A stretch of 64,000 nt of DNA from Amoebophrya sp. A120 (taxonomy: Eukaryota; Protista; Dinoflagellata): NCBI GenBank assembly GCA_905178155.1, contig CAJINV010000004.1, positions 1,580,784 through 1,644,783 of the forward strand, written 5' to 3'. Under the pieces are notes generated by a model, which worked only from the letters and a program-made list of their open reading frames with translations, was not told where the DNA came from and did not search any database. Below are positions 36,798-46,845 of the stretch, piece after piece. Both the position numbers and the translations under genes were made by a program. The first letter of the stretch is position 1. Each line of letters opens with the position of its first letter.

Positions 36798-37723
36798 AAA
36801 AACTCCGAAAGGATTCCGACGAGATTACGAAACTGCGAATGAAAATTGCTGCGGAGGAACTTGCCAAAAATACAGTTTTCGAGATATGAAAAGACGAAAC
36901 GCTTTTTAAAAAAAAGAAGAAAACAATAACAGCACGCTTTCATTGGTTGAGCAACAAACGCGCTCCGCATTTTTACCCCGCCCGGGGAGGCGGCGACACT
37001 GTAACCTTGACGAAAGCGATTCTCACGACTTTGAAACGGCGATGGTGACGATTTTGAAACGGCGACGGTGACGATGAAACGACTGGGGCGATAAACTACG
37101 CCCGAACTTTTACCCCGCCCGGGGAGGCGGATGATGGAACAAGCGGTCAATCGTAGTCATCTATCCAAAGGCTGATCATGAAGACCAGTTGGAGCCGTCT
37201 TTCTCAGGTTGATAATGAAGGGCAGGCTCGCGACCTAATTAGCTCCAGGCTGTTCCTCAGGGTGTGGCGTTGCTCCTCAGGGTTTTCTATGTCAGTTGCC
37301 GTCTAAGTCTTCAGGGTTTTCCGTGTCAGAGTCGTCCTCCAGCTCCACGTCGGACTCCGTGTCCGACTCAAGGGATGAAATGCAAAAGCGTTGGGATCTG
37401 GTGGAATGCAAAGCGTCTGTTCAAAACAGTGGCACAGCACCGGGGAAAGAACGACTTCAACTGCACTCGCTGGCTCTCAGATGGAAAACAATCTGCCAGA
37501 TCCATACGCTGGGTGTGGATAACAACACAATGGGATCGTCCGGGGTGCCCGTTCCCGCGCGCGGGGGAGGCGGCGCTGGCGGTCCGTCGTCTGCCATAGT
37601 TGGAAAGCAGCGGCAACAAAGAGTCAATGTATTCAGTTTCTAAAGGGAACAAGTTTCCACAACAAAGCTTCCACAAAAAAGATTCAGTTTCTAAAGGGAA
37701 CAAGGCGAGCGAAAGCTATGCTC

Positions 37724-37898
37724 AAACATGTTTTCAATACAGAAAAGAGACATGAAAAACATGTGTTCAATACAGAAAAGAGACATGAAAAACATGCGTT
37801 CAATACAGAAAAGAGACATGAAAAACATGTGCTCAATACAGAAAAGAGACATGCTTGCAATACAGAAAAGAGCATGCTTCAATACAGAAAAGAAACAG
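37724..37898. repeat. 33-bp tandem repeat (four full and two partial units)
   Basis: aaacatgtgttcaatacagaaaagagacatgaa units. Confidence 0.92.
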
Positions 37899-38531
37899 GA
37901 TACAAACTGGAAAAGTTTCATCGACAGGAACAAAAAGAACCATGGACACAAAACTCCGGCTCTCCATGGAGGTGGAGTGTACCCGAGCGCACGGCTATGA
38001 AGAGGCAAAATATGTCGGGGCCTACACGTGCGATTTAGATTTTGGACAGGACGACAATAGGACGACGCGCTAAATTTTGAACAGATTGAGTTTCAAACGC
38101 AAGACATGAGCATGACAACCCCTTTGCATGACCAGCCTCCAGACATATTGCAATAGATAAACTTCCAGGCGTTGCATGTTGCACATCTCACATGCTCTAA
38201 ATTCACCTGAGTAATCGATGGGCTTCGAGTTGAGTAATCGATGGGCTTACTTTTTGACAGTCTGTGTCGAAAGAAATGCACGCAAAAAGAGAGAAGCATT
38301 GCCAAAAGAAGAAAACAACCTAAACAAAGTACGCAAATAGCATAAAAAAGTAAACAAATAGAGTACCGCTATATTGCAGGAGTTCTGCAGTATAAAACAT
38401 ATTGCAGAATGCAGCGGCTCCAAAAAAGCGCGGGGGTTTTTGGCGGCGAGCACCTCCGCTCGGTTCGAAACGATGTTGCCCGCTTTTAGTTGTTCGTACA
38501 ATTTACTCGTATTCGGTGCTGCAGCTACTGA

Positions 38532-38750
38532 TATCAAATGTCAAAATGTCTGCGTCTGGGAACTTGTGATGCTGTGCGGCGTATCATGAGGAGGCGACAA
38601 TTGCTGGCTCAGCATGAAAAGTTTCTGAGCTTCTAGGTGTTGCCTATTTTGCATGACAGACTACGTTTCTGCATGACAGATTTAAGAGTCATGCCAGACA
38701 AGCATGACAAACTTGCATTCTTCCAGCCCCGGACATTTTTGCATTTGATA
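38532..38750. mobile_element. Introner, family A, inside the large insertion
   Basis: TIRs; DR actga. Confidence 0.88.
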
Positions 38751-39349
38751 ACTGAAGCTTACCCCTACGACGGCGGGTGAAATTCAGGCGTCGCAATACT
38801 TTTAAAGGACTTTCAAAAAACTTTGAAAATTTCAAACTTTCTTGGTCGCCCACATGAAAAAAAAACGCAGAAAGTTGCCCGCCGGCTTGGAAAAAAAAAA
38901 TCGCCTCTTGGCAGTATGTGGCAGGAAAAAAAAAGTCGGAAACGACGCGCAGACCCAAAAAAAAAGCAGCAGGAGGAGGCTGCGTCTGGGTTTTCTTTTT
39001 TTGCTCTTTGGCCTCATAGCAAAAGGACTGCTCTGCGCTTCATGGGCGCGACAGAAATCGCACACATTTGGTGGGGAGCACTTCATGCAAAGTCCCCCTG
39101 TCCCCTTCCAAAAAAAGAAAGGCGTCGCCCGGTAGTAACTCGGCGAAAAAAATGGCACGGCTGCGGCAGTGGTCTGGCGAAATTTGTTGCAGCTACGCTT
39201 GGCGGCTTTTCGCAATATCAAGCGCCACAGTTACGGCGCGAAACGGGGCCGGCCCCGGGTCCGGCCGCCCATTATGGGCGACCGGCATCGCGGGATCCGT
39301 TTGTAAGCGGCTGCGTTTGGAAGCCGTGTATGAATGAAACGGAAAAATT

Positions 39350-39915
39350 GCGTAGAGAATACCATGCGGCACGCGCCTCGCACCGGGGGCACGGTGGGAG
39401 TTGGTTCGCCCAAATGGCGCGGTGTTCGGGACGGCCAAAGTGCCCGAATCCGCTCGGGGAACGTGTTAAAAACACAGTCAATTCCCTGGCCCGATTCTGC
39501 CTGCGGCCAGAAAAGTCGCGAGTTTTCCTGCTCAAAAGACTTTGAAAAGACTTTGAAAAAACTTTGGAAAGACTTTGGGAAAAGCGCCCAGAAGTGCGCG
39601 CTTTTTGAAAGCTTCGCCCGATGGTATGGCCAATTTTGGCCATGCAAAAACGGGAACGCTTTTCAAAGTCTTTTCAAAGTCTTTTCGAAGTCTTTTCCAA
39701 AGTCTTTTCAAAGTCTTTTCGAAGTCTTTTGAAAGTCTTGCGTCTGACTTTGGCGAGGCGGCCGGACCTCAGACTTTGGCGCGGGAAGTTGGGCCATACC
39801 GTCGGGATTCGGCCAGTCGGCCGGGTCCAAAAGAGACAAAGAAGGCCAATTTTGGCCATTTGTGTGCTGCCATGCCCCCGGGGCTGCGCGCGTGCCGCAT
39901 GGTATTCTGGGCACC
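39350..39915. repeat. Large imperfect palindrome with opposed 12-bp arrays
   Basis: gaataccatgcggcacgcgc (about 39357) mirrors gcgcgtgccgcatggtattc (about 39888); aaagactttgaa arrays mirror ttcaaagtcttt arrays. Confidence 0.82.
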
Positions 39916-40621
39916 AAATTCGCGGCGCCGCGAAGTTGGAAGGCGGCGCGGCGCATGTGACACATGGGGGGTCGCAGTACCACCGGCGCTGCGCGCGTGC
40001 CGCCTGGGTATCTGGCCGCATCTTTCCTAGCGCCGCCTCCGAAGCGGAAGCAGCTCGCGGCGCCGCGAAGTTGGGGGCATGTGACACACGGGGCGTCGTA
40101 GTGCCGCCGGCGCGGCATGCGTGCCGCGTTACAATCTGGCAGCGTTTTTCCTTCTGCCTATGCCACGCCCCAAGTGGGCCCACTGCTTTAACGCGCCGCG
40201 CAGTCCCCTACTACAGCAACAAATGGCGACGGAACTTCGCGCGCCCTTTCGCCCTCGCTGTGTTTTTTTCTTGATGTTGGAAAGGGCCGCGCCCAGCAAC
40301 GCGCCGGGGGCGCAGCCTCTTACCTAGCGCGCCATCCGGGCAACGGGAAGCGCAGGGGGACAGCGACAGGGCATGGGGCAACCAAAAGAAGGGCGCCAGC
40401 GTGTGGCGCGCGGCCCGCAAGCAAAAGTTTTATCATAGTTCTGCCCAAGTATTTCGGCTGGAGGAAACGCCTGGGCGTCGTAGGTGTAAGAAGCGTTCTT
40501 TTGCGGTGCCGGCTCCCGTTCTGCCACGCGGCTGGGCAGGACGCGACTCGCATTCTTGTTGTGTGTGAGCATAAGACGTTCCTGTTGGTCCGGCAGCAAG
40601 GCGTTGTAAGCTCTGAAGAGT

Positions 40622-40736
40622 TATCAAGTGCAAATATGTTCGAGTCTGGAAGGATGTGAAACCTGCTTTCTTCTGCATAAGAAGCCTGAGCGTGCAAATC
40701 TTCGTCTTCCAGACCCAAACACATTTGCATTGCATA
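40622..40736. mobile_element. Mini family-A element (115 bp)
   Basis: Both TIRs with almost no interior; DR poorly preserved. Confidence 0.72.
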
Positions 40737-41872
40737 AAAATGCACCGAACCCTAAGCGCACTCGTTCCCGCACACAGCCATCAGGTATGCACTGCAAGAG
40801 CATCGCACTCGTCGGAGTCTCTTTATGCGCGAATTGCGCGCAAGAGTAGCGAGTGCGATACTTTTGCCAGAAAGCAAGGACATGAGGAGAAACAGAAAGC
40901 AAGGACATCATCACGAAAACGAGCAACCTCAGTGTTACTCCCGTAACGCACCCCCTCCCAAGGCCGGCCGAAAACATCCCACGGCCGGGCCCGTGCTCGT
41001 AGTTAGTCAAATGCACGACGTTGTCACCCATCACAATGAGCAAGAGTCTGTACGTTCACTACCCCGGCCGCCTCCGTCGTGAAGTTTGGTTGCGGTCGTC
41101 GGAGAAGGGCCAGAACCTACAGAAGGAGAAGGAGTTATTACAGCGAAAAAGCCCGCAGCCATCTCAAGACGCGCTGTCTGAGAACAAAAACCACGACTGT
41201 CCTGCATGACAATTTTGGGTGGTCTGTCGGCTTTTTTAACGGAATAGGTGCGGGCGTTTGACTACTCTGCCCGCCGCGTTCTTTGCCTTGACGCGGAAAA
41301 CAACAAGCAGACAGACACCAACCCGACAGACAACAACCAGACAGCAGCAAAACAGCACCCAAAAAACAACAGCCTCCACCGACCTGGCGCCCGGGCTGCA
41401 GCGTCTTCTACCAAAGCGGCAGCGGCAACAGCGCTCAGCAACTTCTGCCGGAACGCCGGAATAAACCCCGCAAATGCCACAAAAGGTAACAGGAACATTG
41501 GCCCCCGGGCTTTTGTAGTGCGGATTTGACTTCGCAGAAAGATTTTTAATGCAAGAACTGCATTGATTTTTATACGAGTGCGATACTTTTGCAAAGGATA
41601 GCCATTGAGCTGGAGCGGCTCCGGATCCCCACGCAGCCACGCCGTATCCTGTGTGAGTTTTCCCGCACTGCCTCTTCGTGCGGCGCTCACGTCGCGAGCC
41701 ACGTCGGGAAACTGTGCACACAGGATAAAGCTAGTCAGCAGTTTAGGGCCCGGATATGATAGATGGGCGGCGTGAAGGCGTGCAAGGCGCGCAAGCAAAA
41801 GAACAGAACGAGCGTTCCCGCCGATGCATTTGCGGGCCAGAGTCTCGAGCAGCTACAGGCTGCAACAAGAAG

Positions 41873-44718
41873 AGAAAGCAAGGACATCATCACGAAAACG
41901 AGCAACCTCAGTGTCGAGGCTCGGCTGCTCAAGCGCGCAGGGTTAATATTGAAGCAGGGAGATGAAAATGAACAACGAGTATCATCTGTGGATAAAACTC
42001 GTCGTCCCGAAGATCTTCTTGATGCACGGAACAAATTAATCCCCTAGAACACCTGGCGCTGGCGCTGAACCAGAAGACGCTGAAAATAATTGTATCGAAA
42101 TTCTAAACGAGAGCTCCTGCGCAACAACTCGCAAGGATCATCTCCTTGCAGAAGAGCATGAACAGTCCCCACCTGCCACTAGTGCAGCCTCCGCTGTTGT
42201 TCCTCTTGCGCGAGACGAAGAAGTAGACGGAAGTGCGGAGGAGGACGCGTTTGATTTCTTAGTTGACATCCTTCGTGCGGACCCGGAGCAGGACCATGTG
42301 GTGGCTCAAGAGGCACGGGGGCACCTTGCGGAAAACAAGAGAGCTACTGCTACACCAGCGGATGCGGATGTGGAAATACAACCAGCACACGAACATCAAG
42401 AGCATCCAGTACTCGTTTCGCAAGAAAAACTGCGGCAATTTTTGAAAGTGCTGCGTCCCTACTTACGCACACTGGAAAAACGGATCGCGGTTGCCGGCGG
42501 TGGAGCTGCTGCGGTTGAAGATGTTGTAGTTGCCGGTGAAACAGGTTCAAAGGAAAATGATGAAAACGTCGACCACCTCCAGCAAAGAACAAGCATCATG
42601 ACAGTAGAGCCACCTCCTTGCCCGGAGCCGGAGGTGATAGGACTAGCTTCCTCGACGACGACGCACTTCGTACCGCGACCACAGCAAGAGGAGATGATGT
42701 TGAGCGCTAGGATTAGCCGCGACGTGGACCACACCTCCATGCCGCACTTTCCGCGCGGACACACGCAGCCGCTGTTGCGACGGCAAAGACGGGAACTACA
42801 GAATCAACGGCGGTCTGATCCTGCCAGCTGCATCCTCGTGGACGATACCACTAATAAAGAAACCGGTCGCGCGCACACCCCGGTGGGACCCACGTGCGAC
42901 CCCTGTTGCGTGATGACGGTCGGGCGCGCGCGCGGGTTGGGGTGTTGCGAGCAGGGACTGTGCGAGCCGTGTCTGTGCGAGGACAACTGGAACCCGAAGC
43001 CGTTTTCCGCCGTGGAGCGCAACGTGTGCGACGGCCGCGTGCGAGCCTGCCTGCTGTGCTGCTGCGTGTCCTGCTACATCCCCTACCACTGCGGCCCGGC
43101 CTGCGCCCTGCAGCCGGGCTGCGCAGAGGCCGCCGCAGCGGATTTCTGCGCAGAATCCCGTCGCACCGCTGCCGCGGCGAGGGCGGTGCGCGAGGGAATG
43201 GTCGGCGTCGGCGCGATATCAAACAGGAAAGTACTTACTGTTACACCCAGCTGTAGGCTTGGTGCCATATCAGAAGACTAAGTATTTGTCCTCGTGAAAT
43301 TTTTGGCATCACAGACACAGTGCCTATTGTTTGTCCAGAAGCAGTTTATTTTTTGGCTTCATTTTTGATTTTGTCATTCGCTGTGGCTTCTCGCATTTGC
43401 GTTTTGCATGACCACAAATGAGCGTCTCCATATTTCTTTTCTCTGAATGACAGCGACGTGCGGCCACTTCAACATATACAAATTCGTATTCGTTTTTTTC
43501 TGGTTGTACAACTATGTGGGTACTTTTCTCCATGATACGCTTCCTGCGGGGTCTGCTGTAGCCTGAAAATGTTGCGTGGCTACTGCAACAAGGCTGCGGA
43601 GTTGCAGAAGGTACTGTATAATACTCTGATTTGCCTGTCGTGCGGCCGTTTTGTTCTGGACATGCATAGTGGGACGAGATCAAGGGAAGTTCTTATGTAA
43701 TATTTTTGGAGCTTGTGAATCGCTACAATGCCCGCCATGATCATCATTCCCTGCTTTATTATTGCCACAGGCCTGGAATTTGCAGCTTCACGAGGTGCCG
43801 CAGCACCACGGAGGACAGAGTAGTGTCGTGCACGGGTCGACGTCCCGAGCAGAAGTGACTTTGGTACAACAACAGCCGGGGACCACGACTTCTACACCAG
43901 GTCGCGTGCTACTTACTCCTGGTACCACGTCTGCAACAGAAACTTCTACGACGCCTGGCGCTGCTCAACACGACGACAGCCACCACCTCTCTCGGTGCGA
44001 CCACTGTTTCCGTGGCGTGTCGCTGACGTTCGCCGGGTATCAAATGTAAAAATGTCTGGGTCTGGAACAGTCATGCTGTTTTTGCATGACACAGAAGGTC
44101 TGGCATGGAATATCTAGCATCACTGGTTTCGAGAAGCTTCCGCAATGCCGAATCCGCATGACACATCCCCCACTTTGGTGACAGAAACTGGGCAGCTTTT
44201 GCTACCTATGCATGAGAGATTTTTCTGTGTGCTGAAATGCGCATCACAAGTTTGTATTCTTCCAGACCCAGACATTTTTACAGTTGATACCGGGTACTCG
44301 GAGGCGTGGGCCCGTGCCGCTGCGGGCGAGTATCATATGTAAAAGCGTCTTCGCCCGATAGTCAAGTTGGGAACTTAGCAACACAACTCCAGAAGTTTTG
44401 GGAGCCACGCATGACAAGTTGCAGTCCGTAGTGTAGTGCAGGTCGGCAACGGAGATCGCATCACAAATCTATCTGCTGATCCTGTTTTCAGCATTACAAA
44501 TAACAAAACACGATTGAAAATGCCTTTCTTGGGTCAGCGCATTGCAAATGTTCCTATAGAATCGCAAATCGAAATCTGCATGACAACTCTGGGGTGGGGA
44601 CATTTTTACACAGAATAACGAGGGCTGGTTGTTTCCGGATACCTGCAATCAGCTGCAGAAAGTGGAGGAGTTGGAAAGAGTCTGCGAAGAAATGAGGACC
44701 AAATGCAGGACTGTTTGA
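41873..44718 (+). CDS. Probable 3' part of the 33761 gene (Cys-rich); possibly pseudogenised
   Basis: Frame resumes at the duplicated ESKDIITKTSNLSV. There is a stop/frame break near 42040-42047, then a long ORF and in-frame joins across introners 43217, 44038 and 44331 to a stop at 44718. Confidence 0.5.
43217..43537. mobile_element. Introner, minor family (aaagtac), diverged
   Basis: tatc...aaagtac / gtacttttctccatgata; DR cgcga/cgctt; frame restored. Confidence 0.72.
44038..44289. mobile_element. Introner, family A
   Basis: TIRs; DR ccggg. Confidence 0.93.
44331..44617. mobile_element. Introner, family B, diverged
   Basis: TIRs; DR gcgag/acgag. Confidence 0.87.
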
Positions 44719-46845
44719 GATGGAACGCATGAAGATCCTGGTGGAGAAGTTGGAACAACGCATATTAGAAGAAACCTGCGCCGTTGCCGGAGAATAGATG
44801 TAGTTCTCGACCCGGCGTGCGCGAACCTGCAATTTTGATGCATGAACGAAAGGTATTTTTGATTTTTTTGATGAATAAACATTTTTACAGCTGCTTGGGG
44901 ACGATCTTGATCTAGATGTACTTACTCAGGCTCACCAAGAAAGAGGATCGGTCCACTACTTCGCGCCGGATCGATCTTCTGTCTTCTGCTGTTGACCTTT
45001 TTGCCGCCTGAGATTTTTGTCCATGAGATGAATGACTGGCGTTCAGAAACGTCTTCTCGTCTCAGATTGAATGAACAATGACAAAATGACTAAATGAGCA
45101 CATTATTTGAAACCACTGGTGACGCATGACACCTAGGGTTACGTTTTCTCTGTTACAGCTTGCTTTACACTTGTTTCATCAATACATTTCGCGAATTATT
45201 CTACTTGATTTCAACGTTTGACTAAACCTGTTTTCCTTTTCTGATGATCACAATTTCTATAGATCTGTATCTTACAACTTGACGCCAGTTTCCGTCCTCA
45301 CTTGCAATTCTCTATTGTGTTGGTGACCTGCGGTAGGGGTGTAGGTAGTGTCAGCAGCACGACGATGAGGCGAAGACATCGAGTTATTGAAAGTATCACA
45401 CTGGTGATCGACGCTAGGGCTAGCTAGCGCTAACTTTATTGCCATTTTGACAGCTAATGTTGACGACTTTGAAACTAGTATGCTGTAAAATATTTCAAGC
45501 ACCACGAGTCGTCTCATGAGTATCTATGTATGTATTATTTATGTATAGAAGATTTACTGATTTAGAACGGTGAAAATGAAATTGAATATAGAAGAAGAAG
45601 CAAAGGGGAGAGAACAGCAGCAGCACGGAATTTTTTGCTTTGCCCAGAAACAAAAGTTTGAGGACAAATGGAAACAGATTTTGACGCCGGAAGCTACTAC
45701 TACGCGGAGCGGGACCCGGAAACCGGAAACCGGAAACGCAGCTGCACCAGGTGCAATTGCTTCCCGTCTGGCCGCTTGTTTTGTTGTAGCCGATAGCGTT
45801 TTCGACGATGTGTTCTATGACGAAGTCAGGAGGTTGACGAATGTAGGCCGGATCAGATGCAAGAACCACACACGTGAAGAGCCTTTTGTACTACTTATCG
45901 TCTAAATGTGGAGGACCTTGATGAAGTTCTTGGGTTCCTCTTTTTGTAGAAGCGATCTAAAGATCATCAATGTCAGTTATCCTCCTCGTGGAGTGCAGTT
46001 GATCTAGAAGATGGCTCAGCTCGATGCGATTGTATTCGCTTGTCATCTGTTGCGGTGACGGTTTGAATCGATCATTTCCACCGCTACATGATAGATTTAT
46101 TTGAACCAGTTTCCTTTCCACCGGTGCTGAAGATCCCCTTCCTGACATTGTTCAACGACCTAGCGCGGATCTTGCAGCGTTCTTTTTTTTCCGGTTTTCT
46201 CGTTCTCGATGAATGTCGCTGAGATTTTTTTTGTCGTGCTGAATGAATCAATTCTTGCTAAAATTTTTCGATCGTGTCCTCCGGGTCAGGTTCCGGTCGT
46301 GAAAATTTTTACATTGCAAGTGCAACGCAGTCCAGGTAGAGTTAGTTTTGGTATTCATTTTCATCGTCATTCCGTAAGCCTGTCGTTTTTTGCGTGTACT
46401 TTCTTACATTTTCACACACATTTTCACTTGACCTGGTCGTGTAGATCGAGCCGCGCAAGAACGTCCGTATGAATTCCGCTGCGTGCTGCTCGAGCCTGTG
46501 CACAGTTTGTATCTTGATATTTTTGCTGGACCTGCATATGTGTCTCCACTTAAACCTTACAACTTTGAGCTCGTGCATAAAATGAGAATCATCAACACAT
46601 AATGAGGGCTGTATCCGAGGCACAAGTATCTCCGAGTATTAGACGTACTTAATACGCTTTTTTCATCTGCGACGCTTTGTGTCGTCTCAGCGTCGATTCG
46701 TCTCGCGGCTCTGCGAATAAAGAAGAAGATCGAAGCGACTTTTGCGTCAACAAGAAGTGCTACGTCGATTTGGATTTTGCGGCTCCTGGTCTACGATTTC
46801 GCGGCTGGCCGGGGGCAATTTTGTCGAGAAATATATAAAAATAAA

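Larger units (their letters stand above)
36714..41914. mobile_element. TIR-less composite insertion of about 5.1 kb in coding sequence, with three copies of the target
   Basis: 71-bp copies at 36714-36784 and 40886-40956; 42-bp copy at 41873-41914. Confidence 0.75.

Noticed and set aside
37724-37898. CRISPR-like array of 33-bp repeats
   Set aside because: Units are head-to-tail with no unique spacers, there are no cas genes, and the context is eukaryotic
44940-46150. Possible small minus-strand gene
   Set aside because: Short ORFs could not be joined into a convincing frame by eye
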